A program made the position numbers and the translations under genes. Shown one piece after another: positions 56,156-64,000 of a DNA stretch of 64,000 nt; the stretch's first letter is position 1, and each line of letters begins with the position of its first letter. This DNA comes from an uncultured Prevotella sp. (GTDB taxonomy: Bacteria; Bacteroidota; Bacteroidia; Bacteroidales; Bacteroidaceae). The DNA is taken from positions 3,655-67,654 of the forward strand of contig CAUURC010000005.1 of NCBI GenBank assembly GCA_963547405.1. The letters run 5' to 3'. Under the pieces are notes generated by a model. That model was given only the letters and a program-made list of their open reading frames with translations. It was not told the origin of the DNA and did no database searches.

Positions 56156-59100
56156 TTAGAAGGTTAATTGAACGGCCAGCGAATAATGATGGGCATAAGG
56201 ATAGGCCGTACCCAACTCGCGCCGGATGGTTGACGTGCGGAGTACGTCGTTAGCCGTAAGAATAATTTTCAGATACTCGGCACCAAACGAACGGATAGCC
56301 TCGCGACCAAAAGAATATGCTAAACTCAATGAGTTGGCAGAGAGTAAATTATCCTTCTCTACAAATCTCGAAGTAGGTTTAGTCGTAGAGAGGTCGTCAA
56401 TCCGTTTGTAGAGAGCTGCCTTACCCGGCGTGCTCCAACGGTCGTAGAGAGCCCGACAGTCTACATTCAGATAAGGATTTACATTCTCCACCTTGTCCAC
56501 TAAAGTCTGGTTGTAGGCATAACCGCCAAAGCGATAGAAAAAGTTAGCATTCAGTTCCCATCCTTTATAGTAAGCATTCAGGCCAAAAGTGCCACTCATA
56601 GTCGGATCAGTCGATTTATAAGGAACATAGTCTTTCTCGCTCCAAGTGCTGGTATAGCTGCCATCTCGCTTGATAAAGACTTCGTTACCTGTAGCCGGGT
56701 CGATACCTGCTGATCGTACAACCCATATCGAATTAATAGAAGCTCTTTCTTGGTAGCGCACGTATGGTCGTGAACCGGCTTCCTTGTCAGCCAAATCGTT
56801 ATAAGAACTAAGGCCCGAGGATATTTTCTTCAATTTATTGGTATAGTGCTGTCCGTTGACAAACAGATTGACCGAAGTGTACTTATCTCGATACACGACG
56901 GCCTTAACATTGAAGTCAAAACCTTTGTTCTGTGTCTCGCCAAGGTTGTCTTTGTAAACATCAAAGCCTATGTATGATGGCATATTGACATCGACCAGCA
57001 GATCTTTGGAGTTTTCTATAAAGTAGTTGAAGTAACCGCTCAGTCGGTTGTTAAGGAGTGAAAAGTCAACGCCCAGATTGTTTTTCTGCGTACGCTGCCA
57101 CTTCAAATTGCGGTTGCCGAAAGCTTTAATGACTGCGCCCACGTAATCTTGATAAGCCAACGAACTGTCATAATTGTACATCATCATAGCCTGATAGGGG
57201 TAGAAGTTCTGGCTTCCTGTAAATCCGGTGCTCAAGCGAAAACGTAACTGATTAATCATGCGACTGCCCTTCAGCCATTTTTCATGATGCACGTTCCATC
57301 CCATTCCCGAACTCCAGAAGGTTCCCCAGCGGTTGTTGCTGCCGAAAACAGACGAACCGTCACTACGAAGTGAAGCGTCGATGAAATAACGGTCGGCATA
57401 ACTAAGGTTAGCATTGCCGAAGAATCCCATCAATCGACTCGTAGTCGCATAGCCTCTCACATGGTCACCTTCCTTGAATCTGACGCCGAGCGAAGGGTGA
57501 TTGAGCGACTGATTGGCAAATCCATAGACTGTATAAGCATTGTAGTCGGATTTCGATTCCTGTATGTTCCAACCGGCATTAAGGTTGAGCGTATAGTTTC
57601 CGGCCTGCTTGAAATAAGACAAAACTACGTTAGCGTCATAGGAAGTCTGCAACGTATGGCCCTTGGTGTAGCTTCCCTTGTCTTCCGTTTTACCAATAAA
57701 GTCGGTATGGTCTGCCGGTTTGAAATTGTCATAGCCGCGATTGACGCGTTCCAAAGAGAAGTTTCCTTTCAGACGCAGTCCTTGGATAATATTCCATTCC
57801 ACACTGAAATTATCTACAAAGTCATCATAAGTAGTCTGATCTATCGTATTGAGCATGGTGTTGTACATAGGATTGGCCACCTGCGAACTGCCCCTTGCGG
57901 GAGTGTAATTATCGAAAAGCACCTGCTTTAATTTGCCACTCGCGTCGTAAGGATAATAATACGGATTCAGATAGGTATAGGTACTGAAGGGACCGTAAGG
58001 CGAATTGTTAGACGTAATCTTGCCATACGACAACTCATTGCGGAACCGCAGGTTGCGATAATTGTACAGCAGGTTCAGACTTGTGCCCAGTCGACTACGA
58101 TCAGATCCCTTCATCACGCCGGCGTTCATCAAATAGTTTAGGTTCAATCCATAACGGAAGCTGTCATTACCGCCCTCCAACTGCATGGTATGTTTCTGAC
58201 TGATTCCCACCGATTTGAGCGGTTTAGCCAACCAATCGGTATCATAACCTTGAGCCACCAGCTTTAGTCTTTCATTGTAACTCTTCAGATATTCTTCCTG
58301 CACATACACGGCATCACTGCCCTTGTAGAGTCCCGCCATATCTTCGTACTGCAATTTTTCACGGGCGTTGAGCAAGTGATAATCCGATAAGTCGGCAACT
58401 TCCATATCCACGCTGCCGTAATAATTCAATCTGAGTTTACCGGCCTGAGGCGACTTTGTCTCAATAACGACCACGCCATTGGCCGCTCTCGAGCCGTAGA
58501 TTGCCGTAGCCGAAGCATCTTTCAAGATCGAAATACGTGCTATTTTGTTAGGATCCAGGTCATACACCTTTTCCACACTGACCTCGAAACCATCGAGGAT
58601 GAAGGTAGGCAAGTTGGCATTCCCCTTATACTCCGCGTTCAGATTGGTTACCGAACTGTTGGGCAACGAGTTCATGCCACGCACCTGTACGTTGGGCATC
58701 GTGTTGGGATCTGAGCCCATGGCGATATTTTCGGTCAGTCGGAACGACGGGTCCAGCGACGCGATGGTCGATAGAACATTCCGGTCGGATACGGCGGCCA
58801 GTTCCGTTCCGCTATAGTTTGTGGCCACGCCCGTATAGGTTTGCTTGTTTTGAGTATAGTAACCCGTCACGACCACGTCGCTCAACTGCTTCACGTCAGC
58901 CACCATATTGATTTTCATATTCGGCTCTATGGTCAAATTCTGAGTTTGCATGCCAACATACGAAACTTCCAATCGGCGAGGCGTATCACCCGTATAGTCA
59001 AAGGCAAACTCGCCATCAGTGTTGGTCGTGGTCAGTATTTTGGTTCCCACAACCCGTATCTGTGCGCCGATAACAGGCTCTCCGGTGTCGTCATAGACTA

Positions 59101-59458
59101 CTCCTTTGACCCGTCGGTTGTGTCCCATCTGTGTCTGTTGGCTAAAAGTAATGATATTGCCACTCACTCTGTAGGAACACTTAATGAGCCGCGCAAGCTG
59201 TTCTATCACTTCGCTGACCGCTTTCTGACGAGCGGCAATGGTCACGCTGGGCCATGTTCGGGCCAGTTCATCACTATAAAAGAAGTTCACTCCCGACTGC
59301 TGCTTGATTTCCTGCAAGACAGTGGGCACCGCGGCAGACTTGAAGTCAATGGTAATCTTTGTGTCAACCGGTTCTCGGGCAGACATGCCGGCACTGACCA
59401 TCAGGCACAGTAGCAACAGCAAGAGTCTGCTCATTGTTTTCACTTGGCTTTCTCTCAT
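56156..59458 (-). CDS. SusC-family TonB-dependent receptor with N-terminal STN signalling domain (trans-envelope signalling type)
   Basis: 1100 aa. The STN-like segment is ITIDFKSAAVPTVLQEIKQQSGVNFFYSDEL, followed by a carboxypeptidase-regulatory-like domain, a plug and a barrel. The protein ends LAVQLTF. Confidence 0.9.
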   Translation of the reverse strand: MRESQVKTMSRLLLLLLCLMVSAGMSAREPVDTKITIDFKSAAVPTVLQEIKQQSGVNFFYSDELARTWPSVTIAARQKAVSEVIEQLARLIKCSYRVSGNIITFSQQTQMGHNRRVKGVVYDDTGEPVIGAQIRVVGTKILTTTNTDGEFAFDYTGDTPRRLEVSYVGMQTQNLTIEPNMKINMVADVKQLSDVVVTGYYTQNKQTYTGVATNYSGTELAAVSDRNVLSTIASLDPSFRLTENIAMGSDPNTMPNVQVRGMNSLPNSSVTNLNAEYKGNANLPTFILDGFEVSVEKVYDLDPNKIARISILKDASATAIYGSRAANGVVVIETKSPQAGKLRLNYYGSVDMEVADLSDYHLLNAREKLQYEDMAGLYKGSDAVYVQEEYLKSYNERLKLVAQGYDTDWLAKPLKSVGISQKHTMQLEGGNDSFRYGLNLNYLMNAGVMKGSDRSRLGTSLNLLYNYRNLRFRNELSYGKITSNNSPYGPFSTYTYLNPYYYPYDASGKLKQVLFDNYTPARGSSQVANPMYNTMLNTIDQTTYDDFVDNFSVEWNIIQGLRLKGNFSLERVNRGYDNFKPADHTDFIGKTEDKGSYTKGHTLQTSYDANVVLSYFKQAGNYTLNLNAGWNIQESKSDYNAYTVYGFANQSLNHPSLGVRFKEGDHVRGYATTSRLMGFFGNANLSYADRYFIDASLRSDGSSVFGSNNRWGTFWSSGMGWNVHHEKWLKGSRMINQLRFRLSTGFTGSQNFYPYQAMMMYNYDSSLAYQDYVGAVIKAFGNRNLKWQRTQKNNLGVDFSLLNNRLSGYFNYFIENSKDLLVDVNMPSYIGFDVYKDNLGETQNKGFDFNVKAVVYRDKYTSVNLFVNGQHYTNKLKKISSGLSSYNDLADKEAGSRPYVRYQERASINSIWVVRSAGIDPATGNEVFIKRDGSYTSTWSEKDYVPYKSTDPTMSGTFGLNAYYKGWELNANFFYRFGGYAYNQTLVDKVENVNPYLNVDCRALYDRWSTPGKAALYKRIDDLSTTKPTSRFVEKDNLLSANSLSLAYSFGREAIRSFGAEYLKIILTANDVLRTSTIRRELGTAYPYAHHYSLAVQLTF

Positions 59459-59475
59459 ATAAAAATATTATTAGG

Positions 59476-60603
59476 TTAATAAACGACCAATTGGTCTTTC
59501 TCTATCGCTATTTCCAAATCGGTGGCCGTGCGAATAGCGTCCATCGTTGCCTCAATACCATCGTAACGATCGAAGGTTCCGCTGAAGGTTTTCTGTTCAG
59601 ACTGCTCCGAATGGAAGACAATTTGTTTGTTGTACCATTTGCCAACTACCATCATGATGCGCCGCAAGGGCCAACCGCGAAACGCCAACCTGCCGGTATT
59701 CCAGGCAACGTATGGTGCCGTGTCTACCTGTCGCAACGCAACGCCCCCCTCAACGATGTCTGCTTTCTGTCCGGGTTGCATGAGTTGTTCCTTGCCACCC
59801 GACGGAATGACGCCTACACGCCCACTGACCAGCACCACGCTGGTGCCCGATACGTCACGAGTGTTCACGTCAAACTCGGTGCCATAGTCGCAAACGCGGC
59901 CGTGGGGAGTATGAACGATGAAGCGACGGCTCCTGTCATGTGCCACAAGAAAGTAGCCTTCGCCCTCCAGACATACATTTCTGTCGCCACGCCCAAATGC
60001 TTCCGGATAAATCAAACTTGAGTTATCGGCCAAATGAACCATGGTTCCATCGGGCAGTGTTACCCAAAACTCCTTGTCTATATAAGTCCTCACGCGTTTG
60101 GATTCCAGCATTTCTCGTACTATCGCCTCGTTCTCGCTGACTCCGAAAGTCTTCATCTCTTGCGCGTTGAGCGGTGCCGAAGGCAAGAGAGCCTCATTCT
60201 CTGTTAACAATCTCTCGTGACGGGTGGCCGAACGAATGCCCTGTACTACCTCGGCCGACAACTGAGGTGGTGTGACACGGGTGTAATCCTTATACCACCA
60301 CAGCCCCAATCCCACCACAACGGCTGCCGCAACAACGGCTCGACGGAACGACAAACGAAATACATGACGGCGAGACGGGCGCAGCATGGTGTCGTCGGCA
60401 AGGGCCTTTACCCGCCGCAAAGCCTGCTCCACATCCATCTGCGCTATATCTTCAACAGAATGACCACGAGCCGTTAAATTAGCAACAATATGATCATAGA
60501 CGGCCTGATGTCCGGGACTACGAAGCCAGATGTCAAGTTGCCGTTGCTCATCGGGAAGCAACGTTGCGTAAATTGATTTTATAATAAGATATTGAATGTC
60601 CAT
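59476..60603 (-). CDS. FecR-family anti-sigma factor
   Basis: A single TM segment (AVVAAAVVVGLGLWW) and a FecR-like periplasmic domain. It sits between the ECF sigma and the STN-SusC genes. Confidence 0.85.
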   Translation of the reverse strand: MDIQYLIIKSIYATLLPDEQRQLDIWLRSPGHQAVYDHIVANLTARGHSVEDIAQMDVEQALRRVKALADDTMLRPSRRHVFRLSFRRAVVAAAVVVGLGLWWYKDYTRVTPPQLSAEVVQGIRSATRHERLLTENEALLPSAPLNAQEMKTFGVSENEAIVREMLESKRVRTYIDKEFWVTLPDGTMVHLADNSSLIYPEAFGRGDRNVCLEGEGYFLVAHDRSRRFIVHTPHGRVCDYGTEFDVNTRDVSGTSVVLVSGRVGVIPSGGKEQLMQPGQKADIVEGGVALRQVDTAPYVAWNTGRLAFRGWPLRRIMMVVGKWYNKQIVFHSEQSEQKTFSGTFDRYDGIEATMDAIRTATDLEIAIEKDQLVVY

Positions 60604-60664
60604 GTGTTACTCTTTTTTATGAATACGTAGAAAAAGTAACAAATGGTTAGAAAAAAGCTTTTTT

Positions 60665-61174
60665 TTACAATAAAAGCAACGAAAGCAAATCTTTACTTAT
60701 TTTTCCACGCAGACTTACAATGCCATGGCGCAGATGGCTATGCACGGTTTCCTTCGAAATACGCTGCCGTTGAGCAATATCTTCATAAGTCATGCCCATA
60801 AGTTTCAGCCGCAATACTTCAGCGGTTTTCTTCGGAAGCCGGTTGATAGCTGCGTAAAGGCACTCATAAAGCTCCATTTCGAAGATGTTTTCCTCTTCTG
60901 ATTCCGAAGCCATTCTCGCAGCTTCACTCTGATATTTCTGTTCCACACGCCGCCGGCGCAACTCATCCAGCATGCGATTGCGAACCATTACAAAGAGATA
61001 ATTCTTCAAATCTCTTTCACCACCCATCGTGCCATACTGCTTCCACAGCCTGACAAAAACATCCTGAACCACATTCTCGCTCACATGACGGTCGCGCAAC
61101 GTGCGGTCGGCATACAGCACCATAGGCACATAGTATTTATGGAACAAATCGTCGAAAGTCATCTCTTTATGCAA
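60665..61174 (-). CDS. ECF-type RNA polymerase sigma-70 factor
   Basis: Region 2 is VQDVFVRLWKQ. The region 4 HTH is MTYEDIAQRQRISKETVHSHLRHGIVSLR. Confidence 0.88.
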   Translation of the reverse strand: MHKEMTFDDLFHKYYVPMVLYADRTLRDRHVSENVVQDVFVRLWKQYGTMGGERDLKNYLFVMVRNRMLDELRRRRVEQKYQSEAARMASESEEENIFEMELYECLYAAINRLPKKTAEVLRLKLMGMTYEDIAQRQRISKETVHSHLRHGIVSLRGKISKDLLSLLLL

Positions 61175-61384
61175 AACATGGTAAACAAATTTACGATAAT
61201 TTTATAAATACAGACCAAAATCTGTAAAAAAAACGATGATGCACCCTTCCTCGTATCCAAATCCATCAACTCTTACTCTATTTTTTTGTAAAGAAAACAG
61301 TAAGAAAAACGACCATTCTCGACAGCACCATCTAGCGTTGAAAAAGTCCTTATTGAACATTGGAAAAGCCATTTTGAAGCTCTT

Positions 61385-61620
61385 TTGTTGTAAAAGTAGT
61401 CCTTTTACGTGCTAAAAGCATAACTTTTACAACGCCAAAGGGCTGCTATTGCCAAGTAAAAGGGCCACTATTACAAGCCAAAAACACGACAACAACGGCC
61501 TTTTCGCCACCTTATTTGACCTTACAAAAACATAACTCATTGATAATCAGTCAAAAACAAAATCGCACAAGAATGCGTTATTTCAGACGAAAGTTTTTTA
61601 ATTTCAGAATAACGCAACCA
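61385..61620. repeat. structured intergenic element, copy 2 (related to 36960-37235)
   Basis: It contains TAAAAG...CTTTTA mini-hairpins (61391-61407, 61413-61429). The segment aaagcataacttttacaacgccaaagggctgc parallels aaagcatagcttttgcacggccaaagcagcc in copy 1. It also has a tgataatca palindrome and the inverted repeat gcgttatt (61575-82) / aataacgc (61608-15) around gaaagtttttt. Confidence 0.55.
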
Positions 61621-61793
61621 TTTTGAGCCTTTTGTCCTAAAAATTCAGAAGAGATATAAGCCGTTTTGCAAATTGCGGGCCATGAGTTGAAAGGGACGAA
61701 CTCATTACGTTCGGAATGTGAAAAAGCGATAAATCGTTGGCAATTCAGGCAAATAGTCGTAACTTTGCGGCGATTTAATGGATTATTAATAAC

Positions 61794-61846
61794 GCTTGTG
61801 GAAGAATTTGGCTGCTTGCAACCACATAAAAAAATGCTAAAACTGC
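61794..61846 (+). promoter_or_regulatory. candidate SAM-II-like pseudoknot riboswitch in the metK leader
   Basis: A GTGG...CCAC stem encloses a loop containing UUUGGC, which can pair with the downstream GCUAAA (aaaaaaaugcuaaaa). It lies about 65 nt upstream of the metK ATG. Confidence 0.4.
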
Positions 61847-61909
61847 AAAATCCCTCTCAGATTTTACGGTTACTTGGTGTTATTCCACGCTTTTAAAAGT
61901 AATGGAAAA

Positions 61910-63166
61910 ATGAGCTATTTATTTTCTTCAGAGTCAGTGTCCGAGGGACATCCTGACAAAGTTTCCGACCAGATTTCGGACGCGCTTCTCGACCAGTTTT
62001 TAGCTTACGATGAGCAGGCACACTGCGCCATCGAAACGTTTTGTACCACGGGACAGGTGGTTATCATGGGCGAAGTGCGCTCGTCGGAGTATATCGACCT
62101 ACAGAACATCGCCCGAAAGACCATCCAACGCATCGGCTACACGAAGGCCGAATACCAGTTTGACGGCGATTCGTGCGGCATTCTGACGGCTATTCACGAG
62201 CAGAGCGACGACATCAACCGCGGCGTCAACCGCCAGAACGAAGACGAACAAGGTGCCGGCGACCAAGGCATGATGTTCGGTTATGCCTGCAACGAAACGG
62301 AAAACTACATGCCCGTGTCGCTCGATCTGTCGCATCTCATCATGAAAGTGTTGGCCGATATCCGCCGTGAAGGCAAGGTAATGACCTATCTGCGCCCCGA
62401 CTCCAAGAGTCAGGTGACGATTGAATATAATGAAAACAATACGCCGCAGCGCATCGACACCATCGTCGTGAGCACGCAGCACGACCAGTTTATGGACGAC
62501 GACGAGGCCATGTTGGCCAAGATTCACGAGGACGTTGTCCATATTCTGATTCCACGCGTCAAGGCCGAGTGCGGCGAAAAAATATTGGCGCTGTTCAACG
62601 ACGACATTCATTATTTCGTCAATCCTACGGGTAAGTTCGTCATCGGCGGCCCCCACGGCGACACCGGACTGACCGGTCGCAAGATTATCGTCGACACCTA
62701 CGGCGGCAAGGGTGCCCACGGCGGCGGCGCATTCTCGGGCAAAGACCCATCGAAGGTAGACCGTTCGGCGGCCTACGCGGCTCGCTACATCGCCAAAAAC
62801 ATGGTGGCGGCGGGCGTTGCCGATGAAATGCTCGTACAGTTGGCCTACGCCATCGGCGTGGCACAGCCCGTAAGCGTTTACGTAAACACCTACGGACGCG
62901 GTAAAACCAACCTGACCGACAGCCAGATCGCCGAAAAAATCAAGCAACTCTTCGACCTCCGGCCCAAAGCCATCGAACGTTTGCTGAAGCTCCGTCAACC
63001 AATGTATTTGGAAACGGCAGCCTATGGCCACATGGGACGTAAGAACGAGGTGGTGAAAAAGACCTTCACCAGTCGTTACCACGAAACGAAGACCATCGAT
63101 GTAGAGCTTTTCACGTGGGAGAAACTCGATCAGACAGAAGCCATCAAAGCCACCTTCGGACTTTAA
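61910..63166 (+). CDS. metK: S-adenosylmethionine synthetase
   Basis: The start is taken at [24 protein letters not shown], the canonical MetK N-terminus. [12 protein letters not shown] and [19 protein letters not shown] are present. Confidence 0.97.
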   Translation: MSYLFSSESVSEGHPDKVSDQISDALLDQFLAYDEQAHCAIETFCTTGQVVIMGEVRSSEYIDLQNIARKTIQRIGYTKAEYQFDGDSCGILTAIHEQSDDINRGVNRQNEDEQGAGDQGMMFGYACNETENYMPVSLDLSHLIMKVLADIRREGKVMTYLRPDSKSQVTIEYNENNTPQRIDTIVVSTQHDQFMDDDEAMLAKIHEDVVHILIPRVKAECGEKILALFNDDIHYFVNPTGKFVIGGPHGDTGLTGRKIIVDTYGGKGAHGGGAFSGKDPSKVDRSAAYAARYIAKNMVAAGVADEMLVQLAYAIGVAQPVSVYVNTYGRGKTNLTDSQIAEKIKQLFDLRPKAIERLLKLRQPMYLETAAYGHMGRKNEVVKKTFTSRYHETKTIDVELFTWEKLDQTEAIKATFGL

Positions 63167-63184
63167 TAATAGCGCATCCGTCTT

Positions 63185-64000
63185 ATGTTGCAGACCGATT
63201 CCATCGCTCAGGAACAAACCGCGGACGAGCTACAAAGCCTCGAGCCCACGGTTCATCGGCAGCTGACACCGGCCCAAGTGCTGAGTTGGCTGCCAAAGAA
63301 TGCCACACCCGCGCAGCAGGACTCGGCCATTCAGGCCAACTTCGAGCCGGGAGAAATCCACTGGAGTCAGTGTCCCGACACGCTTCATCTGCCCGGTTGG
63401 CCCGTGGGGAAGAGCTATCGCGACGTCAGTCTGCCCCAATATTATAAGGAGTCGTTCTTTTCGAAGGATTCCTTGTTTCACCCCGAACTCACAGGTGGGC
63501 GTCTCGGTGTGGCCGGCGACCCCGTTCCCTACACGCCGGCAAATGACAATTTCATCACCGGCGTACTTTTCGGAGTCCTCATCTTGATGCTCATCGCCCT
63601 GCGCCAGTTAGGCAATTTCATCAAGCGACAGGCCAAAGACTTCTTCTATATCCCCCGAAATGAATCGGTAACACAAAGCGAAACATCGGGTGAAATCCGC
63701 TTTCAGCTCTTCTTTTTACTACAAACAAGTCTGCTGTTAGCCATCATCTATTTCTTCAGCACTTTCGATGTAAGCGTCGATACCTTTGCCGTGGAGCAGT
63801 ATCAGGCCATCGGCATCTACGGCGGACTGTTTATTGCCTACTTCCTCGTGAAGTTCTTGGCCTACGTTTTCACCAACTGGGTATTCTTCGAGCAACACGC
63901 CAACATCCGATGGCTTCACGCCATGCTCTTCATCATTTCGATGCAAGGCATGCTCCTTTTCCCGATTGTGATGTTGCAAGTATATTTCAGTATGAGTATT
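63185..64000 (+). CDS. multi-pass membrane protein (possibly DUF4271-like), 3' end truncated by the window edge; absent from the ORF track
   Basis: I read this frame from the ATG at 63185 to 64000 (272 codons) without a stop. A soluble N-terminal region is followed by hydrophobic helices (FITGVLFGVLILMLIAL, LFFLLQTSLLLAIIYFF, GIYGGLFIAYFLVKFLAYVF). Confidence 0.55.
   Translation, partial: MLQTDSIAQEQTADELQSLEPTVHRQLTPAQVLSWLPKNATPAQQDSAIQANFEPGEIHWSQCPDTLHLPGWPVGKSYRDVSLPQYYKESFFSKDSLFHPELTGGRLGVAGDPVPYTPANDNFITGVLFGVLILMLIALRQLGNFIKRQAKDFFYIPRNESVTQSETSGEIRFQLFFLLQTSLLLAIIYFFSTFDVSVDTFAVEQYQAIGIYGGLFIAYFLVKFLAYVFTNWVFFEQHANIRWLHAMLFIISMQGMLLFPIVMLQVYFSMSI

Noticed and set aside
61666-61896. 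76-aa + ORF upstream of metK, and the extended metK start at 61874
   Set aside because: The canonical MetK N-terminus ([17 protein letters not shown]) begins at 61910. The upstream region is better explained as a structured leader.
62099-63217. 372-aa minus ORF opposite metK
   Set aside because: It is antisense to the canonical MetK sequence, so it is a shadow ORF.

Overview
The window looks like a Bacteroidota chromosome segment, probably Prevotella-like. Supporting signs are two SusC/SusD pairs, T9SS C-terminal sorting domains, TAnnTTTG-type promoter boxes and lipoprotein-rich loci. Housekeeping genes (pnp, metK, dps, a Na/Pi transporter, a kinase) sit between accessory loci. No rRNA, tRNA, CRISPR array, integrase or transposase was recognised.

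The main loci are:
1. 1-16045 (-): a tight four-gene envelope operon. It encodes a T9SS-tailed Ig-repeat adhesin, a 571-aa beta-barrel, an orphan 2839-aa protein and an FN3-like protein. Four phased palindromes lie upstream of it.
2. 16.6-20.3 kb: a divergent three-gene cluster for a CDP-activated polyol or aminopolyol phosphate decoration.
3. 20.4-27.9 kb: a metalloprotease gene followed by SusC and SusD.
4. 37.3-44.9 kb: a visibly AT-rich cassette inserted between two copies of the dps promoter. It carries a small T9SS-CTD protein with a lone YD repeat, a 2047-aa SpvB/FG-GAP/RHS cocoon toxin whose C-terminus resembles colicin M, and an overlapping lipoprotein immunity gene. I consider this the best candidate for an undescribed system.
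5. 51.3-61.2 kb: a locus of ECF sigma, FecR, SusC with an STN domain, SusD, DUF4843-like, PKD-like and thioredoxin genes.

Two edge-truncated genes are missing from the ORF track: 1..1484 (-) and 63185..64000 (+). Many long ORFs in the track are antisense shadows of real genes.
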